DNA from: an uncultured Candidatus Rokubacteria bacterium
GTDB taxonomy: Bacteria; Methylomirabilota; Methylomirabilia; Rokubacteriales; DASRDR01
NCBI GenBank assembly: GCA_963805625.1
Contig: CAWDVE010000010.1
Span: 320,001 to 384,000, forward strand
DNA: 64,000 bases
Direction of reading: 5' to 3'
Shown: piece by piece, positions 20,904-31,004 of the stretch
Position numbering within the stretch: the first letter of the stretch is position 1
How the letters are laid out: every line of letters starts with the position of its first letter
Translations under genes and position numbers: made by a program
The notes under the pieces: model-generated
Databases searched by the model: none
What the model saw: the letters and a program-made list of their open reading frames with translations, nothing else
Told to the model about the DNA's origin: nothing

Positions 20904-21770
20904 ATGGAGCGCACGTTCTCTGAGCGCATGGGCTACGGCTCACCCCGCACGATCCAGACCGACGGGATGGATGATCCGCTCCGGTCTTCGCTGTGGAACG
21001 TGATCGCGGGCCTTGTCGATAGCCCCTTCGGCCCCTTCGGGGGCAATGGGAAGTGGTTCGAGGTAGCGCGGCTGATCGCTCGTGAGGTCCTGCGTGTTCC
21101 AATCGACGGCGTGCCTGGGTGGACCGGGGGTGGCGAGTGGCAGGCTCGTGGATGGCTACTCGAGAAGTATCTCTTGCTTGAGTGGTACATGGTGTACGAC
21201 ATCCTTGAAGTCATCGCCCGTAGTGTGCCTGCCCCGAGCCCCACGCAGTTTGAGAAGTCCGCGAACAGCGCACTGGTGCGGGAACTTTCGGCCTTTCGAT
21301 TCGTTGGTGGCCGCCTGACGCGCCTGACAGGCGCCGTCGAGGTCAAGGCCATCGAGGAGGCTAGCCAGGCGGCCACCGGTGCCGGCCTGGATGGTGTCCG
21401 CGAACACCTCGACGAGGCACTCCGTCAACTCGGGCGGCGCCCGGAGCCCGATTATCGGAACGCGATCAAGGAGGCGATCAGCGCGGTCGAGTCCGCCGTC
21501 AGCGCGATGGCGAGCCTCAGGAAGCCTGATCTCGACGAGGCAATCGGGGTACTTCAGGGGAAGGGCCTGATCCACGGCGCGATGGCCGCCGCCTTCACGA
21601 AGCTGTACGGGTACACCAGCGATGCGGGCGGCATCCGGCACGCGCTGCTTGAGGAGGGCGCACCGGTCGGTTTCGACGAGGCGAAGTTCATGGTGGTCGC
21701 GTGTTCGGCCTTCTGCCACTTGCTCATCGCGAAAGCAGACGCCGCCGGACTGCTCAAGAAGCGGAGCTAG
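20904..21770 (+). CDS. AbiJ-NTD4/HEPN-like putative defence protein
   Basis: GAGGAGG RBS; FSERMGY..IQTDGMDDPLRSSLWN N-terminus; C-terminal PDYRNAIKEAISAVES..KLYGYTSDAGGIRHA. Confidence 0.75.
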   Translation: MERTFSERMGYGSPRTIQTDGMDDPLRSSLWNVIAGLVDSPFGPFGGNGKWFEVARLIAREVLRVPIDGVPGWTGGGEWQARGWLLEKYLLLEWYMVYDILEVIARSVPAPSPTQFEKSANSALVRELSAFRFVGGRLTRLTGAVEVKAIEEASQAATGAGLDGVREHLDEALRQLGRRPEPDYRNAIKEAISAVESAVSAMASLRKPDLDEAIGVLQGKGLIHGAMAAAFTKLYGYTSDAGGIRHALLEEGAPVGFDEAKFMVVACSAFCHLLIAKADAAGLLKKRS

Positions 21771-21776
21771 ACTGCC

Positions 21777-22958
21777 TTAGCGCAGGTCCTGCGCTCTACG
21801 CTGGGCCGTTCCCTCCCGCGCCGCGATCCGCGCCGCCGCCGCCCGCAGGTCTTCGGGCGCCACGATGTGGTAGCGGTCGAACACCGAGCGCGTCTCGTGG
21901 CCGGTGATCGTCATGGCCACCTTCTCCGGGGTTCCGTCGTTCACCAGGTTGCGGACCGCCGTCCGCCGGAAGTCGTGGCGCAGCATCCCCGGGCACCCGG
22001 CCCGTTTGCAGGCGGTCCGCCAGGCCCGGCGGAAGTCCCGCACGCGGTCGCCGGCCACGTAACGGCGCTGGCCAGTCTTCGGGTTGAGCGGACCATCGGT
22101 CGCGTGCGCGAACACCCACGGGACGATGCGCCCGAGCGTTCGCTCCAGCGCCCGCACGCGGGTCAGGTGCTCGGCGACGGCGGTCGCCAGGGTCGGGGTC
22201 AGGTACACGACGCGCCTGTCGTCGTTTTTGGTCGTGCCGGGGTCGAGGCGCACGGTGCCGGCCTCCAGGTCGACGTGGCGGCGCGCCAGCGTCAGGACCT
22301 CGTCGCGCACGCGCCAGCCGTAGGTGTAGGCGAGGTCCACCGCGAGCTGGAGGTCCGGGCGGAGGCGCCGGCGCACGGCCGCGAACCGGTCGGCCTCGAA
22401 AAACCCGGCGCGCGGCGCGGCTTCCTTGAGGAGCGTGATCGGCGGCGGGTGCAGCACCTTCCGCCGGCGCGCGGCCAACCGGAGCATCGTGCCCAGCAGG
22501 GACAGCTCGCGGTTGATGGTCCCGTTCGCGAGCGGGCGGCCCCGGCGGCTCACGGTCGCCTGTCGCGCCGCGACGTAGCGCGTGATCGCGGCCTCGTCGA
22601 GATCGACCGCGCGCCAGCCGGTGAAGAAGGCGGTGAGGGGCCGGAGCCGCTTCGCGACATCCGCCGCCGCGCGCTTCCCGGTCGTCTGGTAGTGGAGTGT
22701 CAGATCGGTGGCTAAGTCATCGTACCGGATCTTGTCGATGCGCGGAGGGAGCGGGCGCCCCTCGGCAGCGTGGCCGAGGCGCGTCTGGAGAAACGTCGCG
22801 GCCTCGCTCTTGCGCGTGGTGCCGGTGCTCTCCCATCGCCGGCGGCCGTTAACGACGTACTGCACCCACCAGACGGCGCCGCGCTGGTAGAGGTGGCCGG
22901 TCCCGCGTCGCGCGCGCGGGCGCTGCGGGGGTAGGGAGGGGGATACGGTGCTCATCAT
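21777..22958 (-). CDS. tyrosine integrase (intact)
   Basis: Arm-binding N-terminus GHLYQRGAVWWVQY; GWR, TKN, HDFRR, TGH, DRY. Confidence 0.93.
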   Translation of the reverse strand: MMSTVSPSLPPQRPRARRGTGHLYQRGAVWWVQYVVNGRRRWESTGTTRKSEAATFLQTRLGHAAEGRPLPPRIDKIRYDDLATDLTLHYQTTGKRAAADVAKRLRPLTAFFTGWRAVDLDEAAITRYVAARQATVSRRGRPLANGTINRELSLLGTMLRLAARRRKVLHPPPITLLKEAAPRAGFFEADRFAAVRRRLRPDLQLAVDLAYTYGWRVRDEVLTLARRHVDLEAGTVRLDPGTTKNDDRRVVYLTPTLATAVAEHLTRVRALERTLGRIVPWVFAHATDGPLNPKTGQRRYVAGDRVRDFRRAWRTACKRAGCPGMLRHDFRRTAVRNLVNDGTPEKVAMTITGHETRSVFDRYHIVAPEDLRAAAARIAAREGTAQRRAQDLR

Positions 22959-23115
22959 GCGGTCCTCCTATTGGTTGCCTTGCGGGCGTCGAGGGCGGCG
23001 ATCATGGCGTCTCCTTGTCACGAGACGTTGGGGCATAGGTTGCGGCGGTTATAGTGCGACCGCACGACTCGAGTGAGGACTCTCGCCGAGGGCTTGCATG
23101 CTTCGCCTCTTCCAG

Positions 23116-23132
23116 TGTCGTAAACCTTTACA
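23116..23132. promoter_or_regulatory. TGT-N11-ACA enhancer site upstream of PEP-CTERM gene
   Basis: TGTCGTAAACCTTTACA; 15/20 identical with 17531-17550 including flanks. Confidence 0.6.
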
Positions 23133-23259
23133 TGACCCGGACTCGATGGTTTGGCACTCTAACAAACACAGCCACTTGCGGGCCAGTACAGGATATGCAT
23201 ACCGCCTCTGCACGTGTCTCGCTCCCTGCTCCTAAACCCTTAGCCCGGAGGACCCGACA

Positions 23260-24021
23260 ATGCGGCTACGCTCCGCAGCAGTGTGTCGCCTCGCAGTGCT
23301 TCTCTTGGTAGCGAGCGCGAGCGCCCTGCCTGGCCAGGCGGTCGCCGGGACGGTGTTTGGCCTCGACGACTTCAACGGCGGGCTTCTCCCCAACTGGTCC
23401 TCCGGGAGTTTTGCGCTGGGTGTCGATACGACGCCGAGCGGGGAGAACTTCTTGGGGATCGCCGGCGACAGCAGCAACTTTGGTCTCAGCAGCGGCTCGG
23501 TCACCCTTACGGTCCCGACAGCCGACCCCCATACCTCGGTAACGCTCACGTTCCGGGAGTACGTGATCCGGAGCATGGACGGGGACGAGCCATTCAGCGT
23601 TAGCGCCGACGGCACCGACCTGATCAATCCAGACGCGACGTTCAGCAACCTGGGATCGAGTAGCTGCACTGACAACACGACTGCCGGATGTACCAACATC
23701 AAGGCCATTAACGCGCCTGCGGGGACGGTGGGTCCGACTGTCGGGGCCCTCCTGTTCCCCCCCCTCAACAGCGGCGCGGTTGGCGACACGTTTTACGACC
23801 TGACGTTGACGTTTCCACATACCGCGGCAAACCTCTCGATCATATTCTCGTATAATGGCCAGCAGGGCCTCTTCGACGAGAGCTGGGGCCTCGACAGGGT
23901 AACGGTTGCGACCAACTCCAACCCGACCACGTCGGTGCCGGAACCGGCGACCCTCACTCTGCTGGGCACCGGCCTGATTGCCACTGCGGCCCTGACCAAG
24001 CGCCGAGCACGCCGCCGCTAA
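23260..24021 (+). CDS. PEP-CTERM protein
   Basis: GGAGGA RBS, signal peptide, C-terminal VPEPATLTLLGTGLIATAALTKRRARRR. Confidence 0.92.
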   Translation: MRLRSAAVCRLAVLLLVASASALPGQAVAGTVFGLDDFNGGLLPNWSSGSFALGVDTTPSGENFLGIAGDSSNFGLSSGSVTLTVPTADPHTSVTLTFREYVIRSMDGDEPFSVSADGTDLINPDATFSNLGSSSCTDNTTAGCTNIKAINAPAGTVGPTVGALLFPPLNSGAVGDTFYDLTLTFPHTAANLSIIFSYNGQQGLFDESWGLDRVTVATNSNPTTSVPEPATLTLLGTGLIATAALTKRRARRR

Positions 24022-24304
24022 CGGCAGCGTTTCTGACCCGGCTCCTTCGAGGCCTGGGATGGCCTGCGAGTCGCGCCGCCGGCGCTGTCCGCCGCGCCGG
24101 CGTCGCTGTCCGCATACGCCCCAGACCTCCTGATCCTTTTCGCTCCGACGCACTTCGCGCCGTCGCAGCTCTGCAAACGACGCCGTCCTAAAACCCAGCG
24201 CCTACACCTGATAGGCCGAATCATCCTCCACCGCTCCTGCCTCCACAGGCTCGGAGTGATGGGCCAGCCTCCGGCGGTGGTCGCCGCGCGGGGCCGTCTC
24301 TTGT

Positions 24305-25033
24305 CTATTCCGAGGCTAGCCCGGAAATACGGTTCCAGGTGCGCAAGGTCGTCACGATGGACGCCTGCTCCACCGCCTCGGCGGCGACGTAGCGCGCCCA
24401 CGCCGTCGGCTCGATCTCCGCCCGGATGGCCGCCTCGACGCGCGTCCGCAGCGCGTTCGGGTCCATGGCGTCCAACTCCCAGCCCCGGTCGCCGTAGTGC
24501 TCGACGAACCGGCATAGCGCGGGTCGTCCTCTTTGTCCGACGCCGGGAAGCTCACCCGCGGGCCGAGGGTCCGCGTGTCCTCGACGGTCAGCGCGAGCCG
24601 CCGGAAGATGATGCCCCCGAGCGCGAGATAGCTGTCCGCCACGTCGTCCGACCACGCCCGCGACTCGGCCCGCGTGACGGCATACCGCCCCCGCATCGCG
24701 TGAAAGGCCAGGCGCCGGGGCAGATCCTGCTGGCTCATGCCCATCCCGCTCGGATCGTAGTCGCCGAGGTAGCAGATTACGAGCGGCCGCTCAGGCGACG
24801 CCAACTGCGCAAGCTCGTAGACGCGCGTCGTGCTGCCATAGCCCCCGACCGGGAGGAAATCGACCTCGTAGGTGTCGAGCACCGGGGCCAGCGTCCCGCG
24901 CACCGTGCCCTTCTCTGCGACGATGATGAGGTCCCGCGCCTGCCCGGCCCACTTGTTCCGGCGATAGGACGCCTGAACGGCTCGCGCGAAGGCCGCGGGG
25001 TCGTCCCAGGTGGCGACCCGTTCGATAGCGCGC
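24305..25033 (-). pseudogene. Toprim-domain (TopoVI-A/JetD C-terminal-like) protein, truncated and frameshifted
   Basis: IIVAEKGTV, GGYGS, YLGDYDPSG, WELDAMDP motifs; 5' end cut by an IS. Confidence 0.7.
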
Positions 25034-26283
25034 TGTCCCTTCCATTTAGTCGATCCAGGTACCTTGGGACCGGCTGCGGCCCGTGGTCATGGGCCTCTGA
25101 TACGACGGACACGCAGCGTGGACCTCCTTGGCTTCGCGCGGAGTCACCGAGGGTGGGTTCCAGTGCACCGAGGCGCACGCACCGACCGGCGCCGTCGATG
25201 TAGGCGGAACGGCCCGCAGACAGGAGCTTACGCCGCTCGCCGACCGTAGCGATGATGGAGGCCGCCGACCATCGGCGTCTCGACGATGCGGCCTTCGTCG
25301 AGTCGCTCCACCGGTCTTGGCTCCGGGGCGTCCTTCTCCAGGGAGAGGTGGGTGCGGGCCCCGTGGTAGTAGATGAGGTACGCGCTGAGCAGGCGGCGCA
25401 GGTGGGTTTTGTTCAGCACCACAACGTGGTCGAGGCACTCGCGGCGGAGGGTGCCGATGAGCCGTTCCACGTAGGGATTCTGCCAAGGGGATCGAGGCGC
25501 CGTCTTGACTTCATGGATCCCCATGGTCTGGACGCGGCTCGAGAACGCGCCCCCGTACACCGCATCGCGATCGCGCAGGAGGTAGCGCGGCGCAGTCTCC
25601 CAGGGGAAGACCTCCACGAGTTGCTGCGCCGTCCACTGGGCCGTGGGGGCGTCGGTGACGTTGATGTGAAGGACGCGCCGCCGCTCGTGCGCCAGGACCA
25701 CGAAGACGAACAGGACCTTGAACATCACGGTGGGGACGACGAAGAAGTCGACGGAGACGAGGGTCTGAAGGTGGTTCTCGAGAAAGGTTCGCCAGGTCTG
25801 CGATGGCGGCTTCCGATGGCGGACGACGTACTTGGACACTGTTGCCTGGGAAATCTCGATGCCCAGCTTCTGGAGCTCTCCGTGAATCCGCGGCGCGCCC
25901 CAGATGGGATTCGCCGTGGACATCCGTCGGATGAGCGCTCGAACCTCCAGGGCGACGGCTGGGCGGCCTGGTCCGTTCCGGCGGCTCTTCCAGGTCCAGA
26001 CGAGCTTGAAGCCGGTCCGCTGCCACCGGATCACCGTCGCGGGTTGGACGACGGAGATGGCATCCATCCAGCCGCTCCACATACGGGACAGCAGGACCCA
26101 CAACAGGCGGTCGGCCGTCCGCAGGCGTGGGCGCCGCGCGGTGCGCTGGAGGACGGCCAGTTGGTGCCGTAACGCGAGGTTCTCGAACACCAAGGAGCGC
26201 TGGGTCCTGACACCACGGAGGAGACCGATGAGGATGAGGGTGGTTCAACGTTGACGAGGCGGATGGAGTAAATAGAAGGCACA
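25034..26283 (-). mobile_element. IS481-like rve-transposase element
   Basis: Imperfect 23-bp IRs (TGTCCCTTCCATTTAGTCGATCC vs TGTGCCTTCTATTTACTCCATCC, 19/23); no TSD; both neighbours truncated. Confidence 0.7.
25228..26193 (-). CDS. integrase-core (rve/DDE) transposase
   Basis: WGAPRIHGEL, SVDFF, LLRDRD, SPWQNPYVERLIGTLRRECLDH. Confidence 0.9.
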   Translation of the reverse strand: MVFENLALRHQLAVLQRTARRPRLRTADRLLWVLLSRMWSGWMDAISVVQPATVIRWQRTGFKLVWTWKSRRNGPGRPAVALEVRALIRRMSTANPIWGAPRIHGELQKLGIEISQATVSKYVVRHRKPPSQTWRTFLENHLQTLVSVDFFVVPTVMFKVLFVFVVLAHERRRVLHINVTDAPTAQWTAQQLVEVFPWETAPRYLLRDRDAVYGGAFSSRVQTMGIHEVKTAPRSPWQNPYVERLIGTLRRECLDHVVVLNKTHLRRLLSAYLIYYHGARTHLSLEKDAPEPRPVERLDEGRIVETPMVGGLHHRYGRRAA

Positions 26284-26354
26284 GGCTCGAAGCGGTCGGC
26301 GGCACGTCGTTCCGCCCGGCCGGAGCGCAGGGCAAGACGACCGCGGCGTTCGAG

Positions 26355-26735
26355 GTGACCCGGTCCGACGCCGAGTGGCGCCAGCGCCTCACGCCGCAAC
26401 AGTTCCACGTGCTCCGGCAGCACGGCACCGAGCGGCCGGGAAGCAGCCCCCTCGACAAGGAGTACGGGAAGGGGACCTACCACTGCGCGGGCTGCGACCT
26501 CCCGCTCTTCTCGTCGGAGATGAAGTTTGACAGCGGCACCGGCTGGCCGAGCTTTTGGGCGCCCATCGACAACGCCGTCGGGACGGCGTCGGATCGGAGT
26601 CTCTTCATGGTCCGGACGGAGGTCCACTGCCGGCGGTGTGGCGGGCACCTCGGGCACGTGTTCGAGGACGGGCCCAGGCCGACCGGACTCCGCTATTGCA
26701 TGAATGGCGTCGCGCTGGCGTTCAGGAGGGCCTGA
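26355..26735 (+). CDS. msrB: peptide-methionine (R)-S-oxide reductase (N-terminus possibly lost)
   Basis: GTERP, CxxC, KFDSGTGWPSF, GHLGHVFEDGP..RYCMNG. Confidence 0.9.
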   Translation: MTRSDAEWRQRLTPQQFHVLRQHGTERPGSSPLDKEYGKGTYHCAGCDLPLFSSEMKFDSGTGWPSFWAPIDNAVGTASDRSLFMVRTEVHCRRCGGHLGHVFEDGPRPTGLRYCMNGVALAFRRA

Positions 26736-27253
26736 TCCATGCGATCCGTGGTGTGAGAAAGCTGCACCGCCCGTGGTTGGCGAAGCGGTCGCGCGCCCGG
26801 CGACCGTGGGACGAGGGACACGTTGCCGGTCCGCCGGGACCCCGAACCCCGGCCGACGTCGGGGGAGTTCACGGGCCGGATCGTGGAATGGGACGCCGTG
26901 ACCCAGCGCGGCCGTATCCGGGCCGGCGCCTGGCTGTATCACTTCGCCCTGCCCTACTGGAGTGGCGAGCTCCCCGTCCCGCTCGGGGTCGAGGTCACCT
27001 TCCAGGCGACCGCTGCCGGCGAGGCGCGGGATCTGAGATGGCCGACCGCGGCGCCAGCCGTAGTCGGTGGTTTTGACGAGCCGGGCGAGATTGCGACTTT
27101 GGACGCTCCTCGCCCAACCTGTCCATCTCCTTGCACCAACAGGTGAAGTGATACCAGTGACTCTGCCAATCCAGCAGGATGGGTCCCGGCTCATCGGTGA
27201 GGCTTTTCGAGCAGGCGTGGCAGCCTCGTCCGATCATGGTGCGCCCGGGGCCG

Positions 27254-27514
27254 CTACTCGGGGGGACTTACGACCGTTTGCACTGTGCGGTCCTGTCGAC
27301 GGTGCTGTCTAGACTGAGCCGCGATTGTCGCAATGACGAAGACAGCGGCGACGGTGATGAGCACCCCCGCGCTTACCCAACCGAGTAAGAGATAGGTGAC
27401 GAGGGCCAAGACGACAACCCATGACGTCAACACGGCGACAAACACGCGGTCGTCCGGCAAGCAGTGATGGAAGGCATCCGAGGCATCCATCCACCATTTC
27501 ATGACGAGTGCCAT
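27254..27514 (-). CDS. small membrane protein
   Basis: Two hydrophobic helices. Confidence 0.45.
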   Translation of the reverse strand: MALVMKWWMDASDAFHHCLPDDRVFVAVLTSWVVVLALVTYLLLGWVSAGVLITVAAVFVIATIAAQSRQHRRQDRTVQTVVSPPE

Positions 27515-27822
27515 GCGCAGCTAGGATGCGCGAGTCATGCCAAGGGTCCACGTGTACGGATTCGGCACAAATGGCGTCCTTACGAGGGCGTGGCGGCTGC
27601 ACGGAGCTTCAAGCAGGACCAAAATTGTCATCGGGACCCCGTACCAGGGCAGCAAACTGGGTCATGAACACTCTGATTGATGGCGTCTATTGGATTGACC
27701 GCTGAGCGCCTCGCCAACTCGGTGGTGGAGGAGTGAGTGCCGGGCTGGGCGGCGACCATCCCCACGTCAGCGGGTTATCGTCGCCAGTCGCGGCCCGCTC
27801 GTCCTGGACAGGGTTTCCCCGC

Positions 27823-27850
27823 CGGATTTTGCCCGCGCGGGCAAAATCCG
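27823..27850. repeat. 28-bp perfect palindrome
   Basis: CGGATTTTGCCCGC|GCGGGCAAAATCCG. Confidence 0.9.
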
Positions 27851-27865
27851 TCTAGGGACCGCTGT

Positions 27866-28096
27866 TCAGCCCCGTGGGGGACGAAGTGTGCCAGGCCGGA
27901 ATAGATCCCCGGGTTCACACCTGAGCCGTCGGCAGAGCTTTGAGAGAGTCTGGAGCGTGACGTTCTGCCCGGCGTTCTCGATCCGCGTGAGCGTGGGGCG
28001 GCTGATCCCGAGCCGACGGGCCAGCTCGTCCTGGCTCCACCCCGCCTCCTCGCGGAGGCGCCGGAGGGACTCCCCCAGCAGCCGCCCAAGATCCAC
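27866..28096 (-). CDS. XRE-family HTH regulator
   Basis: LRRLREEAGWSQDELARRLGISRPTLTRIENA. Confidence 0.88.
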   Translation of the reverse strand: MDLGRLLGESLRRLREEAGWSQDELARRLGISRPTLTRIENAGQNVTLQTLSKLCRRLRCEPGDLFRPGTLRPPRG

Positions 28097-28172
28097 GCGA
28101 GAGACTCTTGCCTACAGTGCGGTGCACATGTGAACATCCTGCCGACCATCCGCGAGGTGGGAGGGATGACGG

Positions 28173-28604
28173 GTGACCACGGAAACCCGGCTGCGCTGGC
28201 ATCATGGTCTGGTCCACGGGCTGATTGTCGGCCTGGTCGCTGGCATGCTGGGAGCTCAGTGGTGGGCAAGACGCCACGCCTCCCCTTCGCCCCAACCCGG
28301 TTGGATTCTTGCGATTCCGCCGTCTGGATTGAATCCTGCATTCGCCCCCCTGTCCATCTGGCATCGGGACCGGGCATTCGATTCCGCAGAGTCGTGCGAG
28401 GCACACCGCCAGCGGTTCCGGGCAGAGTCCATCCAATCTCTGGGCGAGGCCCTCCGGGGCGGGGACCTGGGCCCCGAGGCCGTGATCGAGGCAGTGGCGA
28501 AGGGTCTCGGGGATGAGAGTGCTGTCCTGGTTCGGCGTGCGCATGATGCCTGGGCTTCGCGGTGCGTGTCCACTGCGGAGTTCGAGACAAGATGGGAGAA
28601 GTAG
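28173..28604 (+). CDS. hypothetical membrane-anchored protein
   Basis: N-terminal TM helix; AFDSAESCE...RCVS cysteine pair. Confidence 0.5.
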   Translation: MTTETRLRWHHGLVHGLIVGLVAGMLGAQWWARRHASPSPQPGWILAIPPSGLNPAFAPLSIWHRDRAFDSAESCEAHRQRFRAESIQSLGEALRGGDLGPEAVIEAVAKGLGDESAVLVRRAHDAWASRCVSTAEFETRWEK

Positions 28605-28608
28605 AGCA

Positions 28609-28824
28609 ATGGACCCGTCTCGGCTCTGGTACGCGGGGGCCGGCTTTGTTCTGGGGTTCCTGCTAGCGTGGCTGGTGGGTGGCACCGGCCTCTATCGCAC
28701 GCACACCGCACGCATCGGTCCTGCAGAGGTCCTCTATCGCGTCAATCGGATCACAGGCGCGGTCTCTCTGTGCGTGGGAGCCCACGGCTGCCGCTCTGTC
28801 CCCGAGCTTCCCGCGGACCGCTAG
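28609..28824 (+). CDS. small hypothetical membrane protein
   Basis: TM helix, then YRVNRITGAVSLC. Confidence 0.5.
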   Translation: MDPSRLWYAGAGFVLGFLLAWLVGGTGLYRTHTARIGPAEVLYRVNRITGAVSLCVGAHGCRSVPELPADR

Positions 28825-29040
28825 GGCGACCGAAGCCTTGGGATGGCGATACCCGCCAGATGATGCCGCCAGCGCCGTGGGTCAGCATCAAATGGGAGGG
28901 ATGACGATGGCATTGAGTCGGTGGGCACGAGACGCCAAGGAAATGTGGGAGGCGCGATGGCGAAACCCGGCGGACCACGTCGTGGGTTGCGGCCGGTCCC
29001 GCCCGGTCGTCGCCCGCGACCGATCGGTACCCCAGTGCCA

Positions 29041-29066
29041 GAAAGTTGCCCGCGCGGGCAAGTTTC
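29041..29066. repeat. palindrome sharing the 16-bp core TTGCCCGCGCGGGCAA with 27823-27850
   Basis: GAAAGTTGCCCGCGCGGGCAAGTTTC directly upstream of the serine recombinase. Confidence 0.85.
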
Positions 29067-29079
29067 GGCCTCGGCGGCA

Positions 29080-29725
29080 TTGACTGCCGTGGCCCCGGCG
29101 GGTCACCGGAACGGGCACACCCAGCCCGTCCGCGTCACCCGGCCGCTTCGGGTCGGAGTCTACGCGCGCGTCTCGACCGCCGACCAGATCCCCGAGAACC
29201 AGCTCGCCGTGCTGCGGGCGTTCGCGGAGGCCCGTGGCTGGACCGCCACCGAGCACACCGACCACGGTGTCAGCGGGGCCCGGACGAGCCGCCCGGCCCT
29301 CGATGCGCTGCTCGCCGCCGCTCGGGCTCGGCGTCTTAGACGTGGTCCTGACTACGAAGCTCGACCGGCTGGCCCGCTCCACGCGTCACCTGGTTGACTT
29401 GGCGGCCGAGCTCGAGGCCCTCGGGGTTGACCTGGTCGTCACCGATCAGGCGATCGACACGACCACGCCGGCAGGCCGCCTGATGTTCAACGTGCTATCC
29501 GCCATTGCCGAGTTCGAACGGGACTTGATCCGCGAGCGGGTGGTCGCTGGGATCCGCCGAGCCCGGGCGCAGGGTCGGCACGTCGGTCGCCCGCGGAAGT
29601 ACCGAGTCGATGCGACGGCGGTGCAGGCCCTCCTGGCCGCCGGGACGTCGCTCCGCGGGGTTGCCCGGCGCCTCGGGGTCCACCCGAGCGCCGTTCGTCG
29701 GGCCCTCGCGCGGGCGGTCGGCTAG
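29080..29725 (+). pseudogene. small serine recombinase (resolvase/invertase) with frameshift near 29335
   Basis: YARVST, SG..RP, KLDRLARS, AEFER, GRP and HTH split across two frames. Confidence 0.85.
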
Positions 29726-29840
29726 CTTGGGGTTTCTGCCAGTCCGTCGAGGAGCGGGCGGTTCGGCGGAATTCTGAACCGCTCCCGCGTCACCGCGTGT
29801 CGAACCGATTGGGCATCACATGCAGGAGGGCGCTCGCCGT

Positions 29841-30311
29841 TCAGCGGGCGAGGCTCTCAAAGAAGCGACGGACGGCACTGGCGCCCTCGTTGACGGCGCG
29901 GGCGGTCTCCGCCACGACGCCGGGTGGCCCCGAGCCCGAACCGCGGGGCGTGAGGCGGACCCGGACCTCGGCCGTCCGGCCGGCACCGACCTGAACTCGG
30001 CGCGTGTCGGGCGCGTAGCGCGGGTGCGTGACGCGCATGCGGTACGTGCCTTCGCGGAGGCGCGTCCGAACCTGGCCGCTCTCCCCCGGCGCCAGGGTTT
30101 CGAGGAGCGCATCGTCGCCACCGAGGATCTCTACGCTGGGCCCAGTCACCGGCCGATCGGTGCGGGCGTCATGAACGATGGCCACCAGTTCTCCAGTCCC
30201 CGGGGCCCGGCTGAAGTACTGCACGCCCGTATAGACGCCACCGACAACCGAGAAGAGGCCCGCCACAAGGCCGATCACGGACTGCGTACCGGACAATGTC
30301 GGCTTGCGCAT
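29841..30311 (-). CDS. membrane-anchored carboxypeptidase-regulatory/PEGA-like domain protein
   Basis: TM helix; DARTDRPVTG..GTYRMRVTHPRY..EVRVRL. Confidence 0.6.
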   Translation of the reverse strand: MRKPTLSGTQSVIGLVAGLFSVVGGVYTGVQYFSRAPGTGELVAIVHDARTDRPVTGPSVEILGGDDALLETLAPGESGQVRTRLREGTYRMRVTHPRYAPDTRRVQVGAGRTAEVRVRLTPRGSGSGPPGVVAETARAVNEGASAVRRFFESLAR

Positions 30312-31004
30312 GCGTTCCTCGTCGAGAGGCCGGGCTGCGCCGGGCAGGCCGGTCCTGTCTGCGGTCAAGCAATGAGGGTGCCACCCGGAGCGGCCCTCGA
30401 GAAGCAGACTCCCGACGCGACGTCGAACCGCTGGTACTGTCAAGTGAAACGGGCAGCGGCCACCCGATACGCGGTGGAAACACGGCCTGGGAGCTCGGCG
30501 GTCAGCTGACCCCAGATTGTCAGTCAGCGCCAGAAGTCCGTCGCATCGTCGCCACCGCGGGTGATCCTGCCCGTGCCGAGGCGAACCGCCCGAGGGCAGG
30601 ACTGTCCGCACGTAGGTGTGCTCGGAGTTGGGCCGCCCGAAGCACCCTTGGGATCACCGGCGCGTTTCCCGGCAGAGGCCCGTCCAGCGCGGCTTCAGGA
30701 GCCTGGGAGGCCCGGCGAGCGCCTGCCCGACTTCCTCCTATGGTCCCGGCGCTCCGAAGAAGCTTCCAGACGCCGAAGTGCTCCTCAACCGAGGTGTCGC
30801 AAATCCCTGGCGCGGGGGGGTCGCCAACCCCGCGCCACATCGACTCCCGAGCGAGTGTTCCGGGGCCGGTGCAAAGAAGTTCCTTTGCGACAGTCATAGC
30901 ATCGCATGCTAGAGTCGCCGCGACGGTAGCCCTCGCCCGGACTCGGCGCACCCTCCGTGTCGCGTCTTCTAAGGATCGGCAGGGGGAAGGGGGCCTTGCT
31001 GAGC

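Noticed and set aside
24305-25033. Wadjet (JetABCD) system
   Set aside because: Only a broken Toprim gene; no SMC/JetC or JetA/B partners.
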